Part shown: positions 40,395 through 52,394 of the stretch, one piece after another
Position numbering within the stretch: position 1 is the stretch's first letter
Layout: every line of letters starts with the position of its first letter
Origin: Mytilus trossulus
Taxonomy: Eukaryota
NCBI RefSeq assembly: GCF_036588685.1
Contig: NC_086385.1
Span: forward strand, 24,513,216 to 24,577,215
Reading direction: 5' to 3'
Length of the DNA: 64,000 nucleotides
The notes under the pieces: generated by a model
Database searches by the model: none
Seen by the model: the letters and a program-made list of their open reading frames with translations, nothing else
What the model was told of the DNA's origin: nothing
Position numbers and translations under genes: made by a program

Positions 40395-42164
40395 TGACCA
40401 TTAGTGAGGGTATTGTTAATAAATATACTTGTATAAAACTAGATACCACTAGAATTAGAATTTTTCTCCAGTTTACAGTGAAAGTGTTCTGTATATTTTA
40501 TTGAAAATGGGTAAAAGATAACAACCTTATGGCTGCTGATTTGCAAATGTTCGCGGGAAGGAATCATGTCATTAATTATCCTGCGTATAACATTCCATTT
40601 CTCAAGCATTTATTTTTTTAATAAAATAGGTTCAAGCGACCATATTCTTCAACAATTATTCCAAATAATGAGAAATTTTAATAGAATACCAAATAATTGT
40701 TAATTCTATATATATTATTATATTGTCATTAAAAGTCTGTTAAAGGTGATAAGTTAAATGCTCAAGCCCGTCTATTGCGAATAATGCCTTTTTAAATATT
40801 GATCTTAAATGTTCCGATTGACACTATAGTTTACCTTTTCGTCTTTGCAAACAAGGGAGACCATTGAAAACTTCATTATTTTTTGTATATTCAAAAATGC
40901 ATTGTTCTGTATTTCTACCTTCATAGTATCTTCGGTCACAAATCATCGAGTATATACTTTCTTTTAGAAATCGAGACTTTCAGACCTTTTAATAAAACAT
41001 GTAAAACGGGATAAAGTTTTCGCCAGCACACGAAATACCTCAATTTGTCAGAAACTATTTCGACAGATATCGATGCAGCGAAGGTTGCAGCCATAAAAGA
41101 AAAAGATAAAGAGACATTCAACTTTGAGAATTAAATTCTGATGTATGAGGTTAAATATCTGTATAATTATGTAATAAGGACTCCAAATCATTAAATTGAT
41201 ATGGGTTGGATTTAACCAATATTATTTTAACCTTACCTATTCACCTCCTCATCTCTTAATCTTTTCAATAAAAATTTGTTTATTACTTTGTGTATGGGTT
41301 CCGATTAGAAAATAAATAGATTTCAACTAGATAAGAAGGTTTAGATTAAAAACTTGCCTTCTCGCAATTATCAGAGAAATACTTCTTGATAAATGTTCGA
41401 AAAAACAGAAACCACTCACTTGCATGTCAAAATATGTCATACATACTTGATTGTTTTTTCTTATACGTTATTTATTGTATCTGTTATATCTTAACGTTCA
41501 TCTCAACTTAACTGATATTAACAGGCAATCGGATTGCCATTAGTGTTTAAGCTTTATCGTAGGTTTATTTAACAGCAGTTAATACGACAATGTATTTGTC
41601 ATAAATCCATTTGTATCTATTGTTTTAAATGGTATACAGAGAAAACAGATACATATCAGATACATTTAGTTATATGAAATAGGATTGTTAGTATGAATAA
41701 TTTTGAAATCCACGGCTTATCATACTAATAGTTTACCATCACCAAATGAGACCATTCTTTAAAATAGCTGAAAATTGACATTGTCAAGTTGTCTAAAATA
41801 ACACAGTCATGTTTACTATAAGGAAAAGGTCATGTGGCATAATAACAAATAAGACAACCGTCCATAGACCTGTTATCTAAAAGGATCAAGAAAGAAATGA
41901 TCGATTAGATCTTAATAGTGATAAACTTTTTGGAACGAAATCGACTTTGTTTTAACTTTCTCGGACATATTTTTTGGTTAACGATGAAACAATTAACATA
42001 TACTGATATTTGTACTTCTGGATATCTCGCAGTTTATTTTATCTAAAAAAATGATGATATCGTTTCGGTTGTTGTGTTTACATCTATCTTACTTAAATGA
42101 TGTTTCCAGACAAGGGGAGGAGTACATTTATATTTTCAGTGTGTAGTTCGTCTAAGGTTACAGG

Positions 42165-43249
42165 CAGGGTTTCCGCTGGTGGTCGCCATTTTTGCATTTT
42201 GCGAAAAAAATAATAATTGTAGCGATATCCATTCACCATTTGCGAAAGAATTTGGCGAAAGAAATTTATATGGTCACATCCTATTATTTCGTACGTCATA
42301 TACATTCGTATTATGCATGCTTTTTCAATGGAAGTTATGACGACTCAATGCATTCTTAATAGCACGAAAACCCATGACTCGAGGATATATAACTATTTAA
42401 TTTCATCCATCTTGTTTATTTATTATTTTTTGGGTTTCTCGAACTTTACCTGATCAGACAATACTCGGAATCCACATTGAACTCGTTACAATTTTGACAG
42501 AAAATCCAAAATCAGCTGATTGCTTTTTATAGGACTAATAAATAAAGGTTTTGATTGTTTGTATGACAAAATGGTATGGTTAAATGGCGTCCATCAGACG
42601 TCACATCAAGGATTTATTAACCATATTGCGACGTCAGTGTTTGAAACAAACTGTTGAATTTTTATCCTTTATCTTTGATATAGATAATTGATTTGAGAGG
42701 GTACTTTAAAAGGCATGTGTTTCAAGCATAATTTTACGTCTCGCCTTTTTCATTTACGATGGTCAAAAAAAGAAAACTGTCGTTATGAAGAAATATATTC
42801 AACAGGTTTTGAACAACCTTCTCCTTAAATGAGGGATCAATTGCAAGTGATAAAAAATGTTGTTTTGTTGTAAAAACCACTTTTAGTACAAAAGGGCACA
42901 TATTTATATTATTTGAAGAAACTTTTCCCAAAGAACTATTCATCTATCTGGTATTAATATATGGTCAAAACATGTCCAAGAATTTTGTAATATTCCTGGA
43001 CCCCTCCTTTAGAAAAGTTGTTCCAAATAAAAGGAATTATTCCCCTTTTAAGATAAGTTTAAGATAATAATCATAGACAACAATGGGGCAAAACAGATTT
43101 TTTTTTGGGGGGAGGGGGTAGAAAGAAGGAAAATTGTAAACGAAAAATGTATTAATGGTACTTGGCGAAAACACAATTATAGTGGCGAAAAATATATGGT
43201 TTTGGCGAAAGAGATGGCGAAAACAATAATTGACCCAGGGGATACCCTG
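42165..43249. mobile_element. Non-autonomous hAT-like DNA transposon
   Basis: TIR cagggtttccgctgg / ccaggggataccctg. Perfect 8-bp TSD gttacagg at 42157-42164 and 43250-43257. Subterminal ggcgaaa repeats are present. Confidence 0.88.
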
Positions 43250-43877
43250 GTTACAGGTTCTCTATACGACTTACTTTCAAAGCTTTATCAGAATAAATCT
43301 GCATGTAATTAGTTCGAAAAAAATATAGAAAAGAAATCCGAAAAAAACAGCTGTTTTATTTAACCATATGATACAATCATGAAAGTGCATATAAAGATTC
43401 ATGTCGGTGATTGCAATCGATTGAAAAAGAGTGTATGACTTTTAAATCAGCTGCTGTTAGTATTTTGACAGTTTACTTTTTCTTATTACCATTCCAAAAA
43501 CAAGCTTACAATAGTTTGAAATAACACCTTGAAGTTTAATATCAAAATAAGATGTGGTATGATCACCAATAACACAACTATCCACAGACCAAAACCGAGA
43601 TATGTAAACATTTACGCCTTTGAAAAACTGGAAAACCTAAAATTACCTCCACACAACCCCCTTTCAACCCTAACATTTCCAAAAATGGACATTGCGTGAT
43701 GATGATGATATGTTCAATGGTAACAACTAAATTTTTATTGTGTATGAAACACGACATTAAGTTTGCAGTTAAAGTAAAATCAAGATTGATTTTGATAATT
43801 TCCATTAAATTATAATTACGTAAACAAAACATGAATAGCTTAACTGTTTTGTGTATTGATAATGCATATTTATTGTC

Positions 43878-46793
43878 GAATATATATATATACTTTATAT
43901 ACTTTATTTCTCATAAAACTACAATTACATAGTTATAGAGAACATACATAAATATAACTATAAGGTACAATTTTTACAAGCATGTGTGAACAATACAATG
44001 AAATTAACTTGGAGGACTGACTTTCACATTTATAACTTTGATAAATTTACATAGTTTTTCTAATATTACAATATTACATGAATTAAATAGTTGATCAAAC
44101 TTATAGATATTAGGGTTAGACCAGCAGTATGTAGGTAAAAATTTCTTTCTTTCAAACATAAAAGATCCACAATTCATAATATAATGGTATTCGTCACCGA
44201 TGTCGTTTGAGTCACAGAGACGGCAGATTCTGTCTTCTCTCTGTAAACCCTGCCACCTTCCGGACTCAATCGGCAAGTGGTGACTACCACATCTATATTT
44301 GCATAATGTATATATGAATTTGTAAGGTAAAACAGAAAAATATTTTTCCAATTGAAAATTATTTTTAAAAATACGATAACATAAAGTTTTAGGTGATTCG
44401 GCAACAAATGCAAAGCATTCTTGTTGAAACTGATCTTTAAGTTTTTGCTCAATACATTTTAACACCCATTTATCAGCAAACTGTGCATTCCATATATTGG
44501 ACATACCACAATTATCAAAAATATTTTTAATACATGATATCCACTTAGTGTTTATTCCGTAATCATTATAATATAAAAATACAAGCTTATATAATACAGC
44601 ACAAATTTTACTTTCTTTTCCATTAAGAAGTCTACTCCAGAAATTAATCATTCGCAGTTTTACAGTCACAGTAATAGGGTATCTGCCAAGTTCTGCATAC
44701 ACTATGAAATTTGGAGTAGACTGTTTTAAATGTAAAATCATTTTACAAAATTGTAAATGTACACGTTCAAGAATATCTATATTTTCAAAACCCCATATTT
44801 CTGATCCATATAAAAATATTGGTACAACCATTTTGTCAAATAAATCAAGTTGACATTCTATTGACAAATTGTTTTGTCTACCTTTTTTTAAAACGCTATA
44901 CATAGCTTTTGTTGCTTGTTCTTTTAAATATTTTTTATTTGATAAAAAGGATCCACTTCTAGAAAATAAAATACCTAAATATTTGTATTCTTTTACAATT
45001 TCAATGTCGTTACAATTACCTGTGAACTTGAGATTTGCTGGCATTCTGCCACTCGAAAAGATCAAAACTTTAGTTTTATTTGTATTTATTTTCATTTTCC
45101 ATTCGTCACAATATTCGTAAAATGTATTTAACATGTATTGTAGATCAGTGCTATTTTCTGCTAATAAAACAGTGTCATCTGCATATAAAAGTAAAAACAA
45201 TTTCAAAAATACTGTCAGCTCATTTTCGATTTCTTGTGATATAGATTTTAAGCCTGTTATGTTTTTCTTTTCAAAAAAAGTTTGAAGATCATTTAAAAAT
45301 ATAGAAAACAAAGCAGGTGAAAGATTTTCCCCTTGCCGAACCCCCATCTCACAAGGAAAGAAATCAGATGTTTTACCCTGATGTATAATACGCGATTTGG
45401 CATAATCATACATACTCTGAATAACTCGAAAAAATTTCCCATTTACTTCATTCTGCAATAATTTGAACAGAAGTAAATTTCGCTGTAGAGAGTCAAACGC
45501 TTTTTCAAAGTCGATAAAAGCACAATGTAACTTTTTCTTTCCCAATTTTAACAATTCAAATAAAATATGTATATTAAAAATATGTTCAGTCGTAGAATAA
45601 TTCCTTCTGAAACCTGCTTGGTTTTCATTCAATATACACAATTCATCAAGATAATTACATAATCTTGTGTTCAATATTGAGGTAAAAAGTTTACCCAGAG
45701 TAGACAATAACGTTATAGGCCTATAGTTTTGTGGATCACTTTCAGAGCCTTTGTTTTTAAACAATGGAATTACATTTCCTATTAACCATGCCTCAGGCAA
45801 CAATCCTGTGTCAAAAACAAGATTAAATAAACACACATAAACATCAATAAAAAATTCAATAGACGAGCATATATACTCATTTACAATAAGATCATCACCA
45901 GGGGTCTTATTATTTTTCAGGCTTTTTATTGCCTTCAATATTTCATCTTTTGTAATACAAGCATTAAGAAATACATTTGAAGAATTTTCGTTTACATCAT
46001 TTTCTAAAATATACCGATCATTTGTTTCTTTATTTTTATTCAGATCCTTAAAAAAAGAAAACAAATCTTCAATATTAATATCATTTTTTTTCTTTCGTTT
46101 ACCCCGATTAATAATTTTCCAAAATTCTTTCGGGTTTTTTGTTCGCATCTTTTTCATCTTTGAACGTAAATCAACGTTAAATGATCTAATATTTTTATCC
46201 ATAGTTTTTTTATATAAAGTCTCACTACGCCTCAAACGTTCCTTGAATATACGTGAACCATATCGTTTATATAACCTTTTTGATTTTCTAAACGCCCTCC
46301 TTTCCCGGCGGCATTCTGTGTTAAACCAATCACGGTGATTTTGTTTCCCTCCCGTGTAATCAAATCCATAAGTTTTCTGTACGAACTCCCCAAATGTATT
46401 TCTAGCAGAATTGAGTAAAACATCTCTTATTTCATTTACAATTTCATCAATAGTATTTTTATCAACATTTTGAACATTTTCAGTTTTTGTCATAATAAAA
46501 GATAACAATTGAGATATACTTTCTTTGTCAAGATTGTCTTTATATTCATTAACTTGATCATGATTCCATTTTTCAATATATGTATTATTTTCACCAGATT
46601 CTACATTTATATTTACATTTGATTGCTTAGTATTACTACAATTGAGTACTAATTCGAGTGGACAATGGATATCAGAATATAAACTGCTAAATGGTAGAAC
46701 ATCAAAATTTTCTACTAAATACAATACATCTGCAGTACTTATTGCATAGTCTACGACACTGGTATTCTTGCTCGTAGGTTTACCTACTTCATC
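43878..46793 (-). mobile_element. 5'-truncated non-LTR retrotransposon (LINE, RTE-X-like)
   Basis: Boundaries are defined by the empty paralogous site. On the - strand the 3' end carries AATAAA followed by a (TA)n tail. No clear TSD, only a 2-nt tc overlap. The clade assignment is from motif recall. Confidence 0.92.
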
Positions 46794-46901
46794 AACATTG
46801 ATGTAATTTAAACCCTTTTCAAGTTGCCTACTATTCTCAACGTTTATCTGTTTGAATTGATTAATATGAAACTTAAAATAAGTAAGATAATTGTACTGCA
46901 T
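44004..46901 (-). CDS. LINE ORF2: C-terminal part of the APE endonuclease, reverse transcriptase, C-terminal Cys/His motif
   Basis: Motifs SVVDY..SDIHCP (APE end), KTPGDD, NYRPITLL, QAGFR, FIDFEKAFD, GVRQGENLSP, YADD, YKYLG and CRLC..DEYH...C. The first ~36 codons (46794-46901) are host flanking DNA. Confidence 0.93.
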   Translation of the reverse strand: MQYNYLTYFKFHINQFKQINVENSRQLEKGLNYINVDEVGKPTSKNTSVVDYAISTADVLYLVENFDVLPFSSLYSDIHCPLELVLNCSNTKQSNVNINVESGENNTYIEKWNHDQVNEYKDNLDKESISQLLSFIMTKTENVQNVDKNTIDEIVNEIRDVLLNSARNTFGEFVQKTYGFDYTGGKQNHRDWFNTECRRERRAFRKSKRLYKRYGSRIFKERLRRSETLYKKTMDKNIRSFNVDLRSKMKKMRTKNPKEFWKIINRGKRKKKNDINIEDLFSFFKDLNKNKETNDRYILENDVNENSSNVFLNACITKDEILKAIKSLKNNKTPGDDLIVNEYICSSIEFFIDVYVCLFNLVFDTGLLPEAWLIGNVIPLFKNKGSESDPQNYRPITLLSTLGKLFTSILNTRLCNYLDELCILNENQAGFRRNYSTTEHIFNIHILFELLKLGKKKLHCAFIDFEKAFDSLQRNLLLFKLLQNEVNGKFFRVIQSMYDYAKSRIIHQGKTSDFFPCEMGVRQGENLSPALFSIFLNDLQTFFEKKNITGLKSISQEIENELTVFLKLFLLLYADDTVLLAENSTDLQYMLNTFYEYCDEWKMKINTNKTKVLIFSSGRMPANLKFTGNCNDIEIVKEYKYLGILFSRSGSFLSNKKYLKEQATKAMYSVLKKGRQNNLSIECQLDLFDKMVVPIFLYGSEIWGFENIDILERVHLQFCKMILHLKQSTPNFIVYAELGRYPITVTVKLRMINFWSRLLNGKESKICAVLYKLVFLYYNDYGINTKWISCIKNIFDNCGMSNIWNAQFADKWVLKCIEQKLKDQFQQECFAFVAESPKTLCYRIFKNNFQLEKYFSVLPYKFIYTLCKYRCGSHHLPIESGRWQGLQREDRICRLCDSNDIGDEYHYIMNCGSFMFERKKFLPTYCWSNPNIYKFDQLFNSCNIVILEKLCKFIKVINVKVSPPS

Positions 46902-48107
46902 ATATATATATATATTAATTTTTAAAATGTTATTTGTGAGTGAGAATTAAATAACTAAACAGATCTACTTATTCTATTAAGTTTGGCGGTTCTTAAAAAA
47001 ATCTGATTTCAAAAAACAAATATGCCATCAGGTGTTGCTGATTTTCTGTCCCATTAAATCATTCGTCTCCTTTTATTTATTATTTCAAGTAAAATAAGTT
47101 TTGCCAACTCGTCCGCCTTTTCACCAAATGTGCCTTTCTGAATTAGACTCGTCGCAGGGTGTACTTACACGAGCAACATGACGGATGCCTTATGAAGAGG
47201 AGGACCTGAAGTCACCCTGTTTTTTTTTTCCTTTTCTTTTCTTTTTTCTTTTTTTTTTAGAAGTGGGATCAGGGGTCGGGGGTCGGCGGTGGTGTTCGTG
47301 TTGCTCAGTCTTTATTTTTGTATGTTGTTGTTTGTGTTTTGGTCTATTTGAAAATGTGGCCTGTCGTTGTAAATTTGATTTAAGAGCAATGCAGAGGTTT
47401 CCTTTTATCTTAAAATGACAAGATTGTAATCTTGAGAAGAGATAGACAAATTATGCTCAAATTGAGACCAATATAAAAAGAAGATGATGACAATGAGACA
47501 ACTATCCACCAGAAACATAATAACGTAGAAGTTAGCATCGTTAGGTCAGCATAAGACCCTTAACAATGACCAAAACCGACATCGAGTTGCAAGGCATAAA
47601 AGGCCATGAAATGAAAATGTACAATAGTTGGTAAAAATAAACAGTAATGCAAAATACCATCACTGCTTTAATGATTTTTTGGGGTTCATTTGAAAAAAAA
47701 ATCTTAACGGATTTGAAAAAAAATGACCGATTGTCTTTGCCAATATCCTTTTTGACATGTTTTTTTTTTGGCATTCAAACTAGCCTTAACATATTGCCAT
47801 TTTATTTTGACATGATTAAATATGGGAATCACTCTTTGTTGTTAGAAGATCCCACATAAAGACTACCAACCCAAGTTTCGCGATAGCTGTTGTGAAATAT
47901 GGCCAATAAGATAATTATTTAAGTTCATATATGCATAAGTACTATTTATTGTATCATAAACAACTGTGAGTATGTATGCAATGTATTAACAATTTTCTAG
48001 CATCTCTACATCTGTCCAGTTGACTTAAATTTTGACTTCAAGATTTTTGTATTTCTGAATAAGGAAAATAATAGGAGAAATAAATTTCCAAAAATGTTAT
48101 TTTTCAG

Positions 48108-48179
48108 GAGACTTGACTACAATCAAATTTCCACATTGGCTGGCAATCTATTTCGGGGATTAACGGCTCTTCAATACTT
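48108..48179 (+). CDS. LRR gene, intact 72-nt LRR exon (paralog of 36963-37034)
   Basis: ttttcag|...|gtaagt, phase 2-2. Translation (L)RLDYNQISTLAGNLFRGLTALQY(L). Confidence 0.93.
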
Positions 48180-48446
48180 GTAAGTAAACAGATATATCAA
48201 ATGAAGATTTGTCGCCATATGTTGTTGGTTTGCTGTTTTAGTATATCACAAATATCTGTTTAAACATTTATTCGGGTAAAATAAGATTTAATGATTGTAA
48301 TTTGTAACGGCATTAGTTTTCTTCTTTTGAAACCATTTCACAGCAAAAATATAATATCATTACATTCGGTATTTCCTTAATGGTTAACCATTTTTAAGAT
48401 ATCAGAACGTTGAGATATTTGTAAATGAATTAATTGATCAGGTAAA

Positions 48447-48806
48447 TACACTATTTTCATATTACCGACTTTTAACTCAGCAGTTTATATTTTTTCGACA
48501 GGTTACCTTCCCTGTGGTAGGACATCCTGGTACCAAGTCAAGTAACAGCAACATAAATAAGTAAACTCATGCTTTCAATCGCAACAATTTTTTGGTTGAA
48601 ATTAACTGCTTCAAATTTTCTTTACACGACAAAATCATCGGAATACAGTACATTTCCCCCTAAAATTACACAGATTGAAAGTTTGATTTTACTTATTTTG
48701 GTTGCTCTTACTTGACAGAGTACCAGGATGTCCTACCACAGAAAATGTAACATGTCGAAAAATTATAGAATCTGGAGTAAAACGTCGGTAATATGAAAAT
48801 AGTCTA
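48447..48806. mobile_element. MITE with ~130-bp imperfect TIRs
   Basis: actattttcatattaccgac..tgtggtaggacatcctggtac versus gtaccaggatgtcctaccaca..gtcggtaatatgaaaatagt. Confidence 0.8.
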
Positions 48807-49515
48807 TTGAAGTGGTTTGAATTGTTTTACTTATTTTGTCCAGTATATTTTAAGACAAGATTGTAACTGGAATAAGGAGTACCAAATTGTTATCAAATTG
48901 AGACAAGTCATACTAATTAGACGCAACCTACGATTTAGCAATTTGCAAATTTGATAAAGACCAAACATTTTACTTTGGACTTTCTTCTATTTTGTTCTTT
49001 TTTGGGTTATAAACTTGATTCCATGATAATATATATAGGTATCAACCAATATTGATATACTAGTATAACAATCAATTATATTTCAAAACGGTACCAATTT
49101 TGACAAATTGAAGATTGATACTCTAGAATGAGAGGAGCAAATCATTTTATACCAATATTACTTCCCCAAAATGTAGGTCTGCAAAACTGGTATCGATCTA
49201 ACTACTGTATAGCAACAACTTGGATTACTAAGACTATAGCTTTTGTATTTAGATTCATCATTAGAAAAAAAATTGTAATTTCATGTTTTGGGGTTTTAGA
49301 GCCGTGGTTAAAGTTTAAATATCCCTTTAATTTAGTCATTAAACAGGTTACAGCTATATCAAACTACATGTAGTTATTTAGATTAAAACATATATAAGTA
49401 TACATGCAATATTTTACCTAGTTTACAAGCAGCACTCATTCACTTCCAGTTGTCCTCTTTTTTTAGTACATGAAGAATGTAATGCATGAATACGTTTCAA
49501 AAATGTAATTTACAG

Positions 49516-49590
49516 GGACTTGTCTTCTAAGAAGAAATGTACCACTCTATATATAAATTTATAACGAGGTTTAACGGCTTACTAATAGTT
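49516..49590 (+). pseudogene. LRR pseudo-exon with in-frame stops
   Basis: tttacag|G GAC TTG TCT TCT..ACC ACT CTA TAT ATA AAT TTA TAA CGA GGT TTA ACG GCT (DLSS..TTLYINL*RGLTA). It is preceded by the conserved aatacgtttcaaaaat motif. Confidence 0.7.
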
Positions 49591-52394
49591 GTTTAACTTT
49601 GATCCCCCTTGCTTTCTGTCATATTATACCACACATCTCTCTTTATTGTTTTTGTCTTATACAATGATTTGTTTTGGAAGTTAATATCTGTACCGACTTA
49701 ACATCTTTTTGAAATGTTTGTTACAAAGTAGTATATATTGTATCAATCTAATTTGATATTATAAGTTAAGTGTATCAATTATGTTTCAAAATTTTGGAAA
49801 CACCTTGCAATATTCATAGAAATATACCCATTTCGTTATAATTTCATTTTGTGCCATGTTTTAGAAAAAAAAAGACAATAACGTTTACATTTCGGTTATC
49901 GAATTGATTAGGGCACTTTCCGTCTCCTCTATTCTGATTTTTTGTATTTATGCTATCATTTTGTAATTAACTAGATATCGTGGTAATATACAACATGTAT
50001 CAACACATATCGATATATTGCGATACCATTACTAATAGTGATCAAGTTGGCAAATTATTGTAAAACGGAAATTGAATTGTTCAAACATTGCTCTTAAATG
50101 GTACCCATTTAGGGATAGGTGTCGTTAGATACTCATGAATGAGGAAGAAACAAACATTTTTAGACCGATATTCTTTTAAAAAAAAACCACTTGTTTAAAA
50201 AAGGCATTGTGCTAAATGTAATATATGCTTTATGGATTTGATGAAGTTACAACGGCAAAATTAGTTAACTAAATCAAACTATTTGAATGTCATTTTTAAC
50301 AAGCATCCTTTGCAAACTTGTGTCTGCTTACATGTATCTCTATCTAATTTAACGGCATCACATACACATGATGAAATGAGAATATTAATCTTTGCCGATA
50401 GAAGGTCCCTAATCAAGGTATTGACCGAGCTGTAGCAAACATATTGTAACTTAGAAAATAGTTTGTTGTATTCATATTAAACATTGATAAAGTGATACAG
50501 TTGTATGAGAACGAAATAGATTTGAATAGGTGTAAGTACCGACCTTAAAGATTCCTTGAACATTAATATTTTAAGTCATACATGCATATTTATTAGTTAA
50601 TGTTTTATCTGTCATACTGGCATTCAACATATTAACCAGTTCTAGATATTGAGCTACTCCAGCTATTAAAATTTCACAATATATGCAAATGCAAATGGAC
50701 GTGTGACAGCTGTTTCAAACATATCAATTCTTTTTTCAATCTTTTTCTGAAATGCATATTTTCCTATACTACTAAATTTTTTGAGAGGTAATATTTATTA
50801 CATTCTTTTTTTTTCTTTTTTGAGGATCTTTTCATTTTTCCAAATACATTTTTGAAGTTGTTTTTAATTTATTAGGTGTTTTTTTTAAGTGTACCAATTT
50901 TTGAAGAAATAAATATTCTTGAAAAAGAAATTGCCTTCCTTTGTTGCTGATTTGCTTTTGCAATGATGTAATTTATATTTTTCAAGAAAAAATTTGCAAT
51001 TTCCTTCCAAAAATAATTCAATTTGTGTCGATTTTATTTAATATAACATGTAAATGTACAATTTTAACTAAATAACAATAAGGACCTTTAGATATTTGTT
51101 ATTGGAGTGCTGTTATAACTTAAGGCGATATGTATGGTCAGCATTTGTTTAGGACGAGCTAGTTTACATTTGCAGGGCTGCCAAAATGTATTAAAAATTG
51201 AGACCAAAGCTTACCAGAGAGAAATAGCATTTTTGATCTGATGATATATTTTTGTGCAATTACCCCAAATTAAAATGAAGACCTGGGAACGCTAATCCAT
51301 TGTCGGTTATAGTTCTATGTTGAAAAACGTTCTGCACTATACATGTTTATTTTTTATTCGTTACTGTTTCTAAGAAATAATCAATAAGAAAATTCGGAAT
51401 TATGTTGTTTAATTGATAAGACAGTTTAAGGTCAGCTGAAATATGACTTTCTTGTAATTTGACATATCGCAGGGTAATGAACTAGATTATATGTGATTTT
51501 AAACAGATATGCACAACTCAATATATTACGATAAAGTTTTGAGTGTGATCAAGTTGATATCCTCAAAAACGATCCTATTTGGTACTGTTGTGGTTACTTA
51601 CTGCTGAATGAGAAAATTATCAGAACAAGATAACAATTACAAAGAGAAAAACAATAAAATGGAAATCATTATGCAAAATATAGTTTAAGCGTAAATGAAT
51701 TTAAAATGTTTCTGAAGACAATTTAGGCCACTAAACTGAAAGTTTTGAGCCAGCATTCTATACAGGCTGCTGTTTGCATGAACACAACTACGATCTAGGT
51801 TATGCCATCACTGATGGCTACAACACTTATTAAACGAGGGTATACATTGTACAGGTTAAAAGGTCGTACTTGAAACCTACTAAATCTGTTGTAAAATATG
51901 GTCATTAAGATGTTTATTTTTTTGTATTCAAATTAATTATTATTGACATTGTCTGAGAACAACCTTGCTTTTCATAGATTTTAGTCTAGACATTAAAGAT
52001 GTTTATGTCTTATGAAAATAATGTTAGCCATAGATGAATAATATCTCTTTATTATATTATAAAAATCTGTCAGTAAGTATGTACTAATCCACCAGTTTTC
52101 AAACAAATATGGAACACTTCCGTTTGCCCATTATTGAAAACATCAACCTGTCTGCATTGATGAATATGCCAATCAATGTAATATGCATACAAACGTATAC
52201 ATATATGATTATAAATTACAACAGTCCCCATATATAACCGGTTTCCTGTTGCATAATATTCCTCTCTACATTAATACATTTCATTTGTTTTCAAAGAAAA
52301 ATAGGTGTTTGTGAAAACAATATTTATAGTTACTGTTTTATCATTGTTTGCAATAACTATTAAAACTGATGTGCTTTAACGTTTAAAATAGACC

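Larger units (their letters stand above)
42599..48440 (+). repeat. Segmental duplication, copy 2, interrupted by a LINE
   Basis: Matches 34497-37290. The empty site tttattgtc|aacattgatgt at 35671-35690 is split here at 43877 and 46794. Confidence 0.95.

Noticed and set aside
35380-43832. Near-identical 84-aa minus-strand ORFs at 35380..35634 and 43578..43832
   Set aside because: The identity is explained by the recent segmental duplication, and the peptide has no recognisable domain.
36963-48179. DGR-like arrangement: two similar repeats flanking an RT, with 6 of 9 differences at adenines of the first copy
   Set aside because: The RT is a LINE ORF2 inserted after the duplication. Three differences are at non-A positions, both copies are spliceable exons, and the kilobase flanks are duplicated as well.
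29654-48179. Naming the LRR gene as slit, a TLR or a VLR
   Set aside because: Only the N-terminal LRRs are visible. The diagnostic C-terminal domains lie outside the window.
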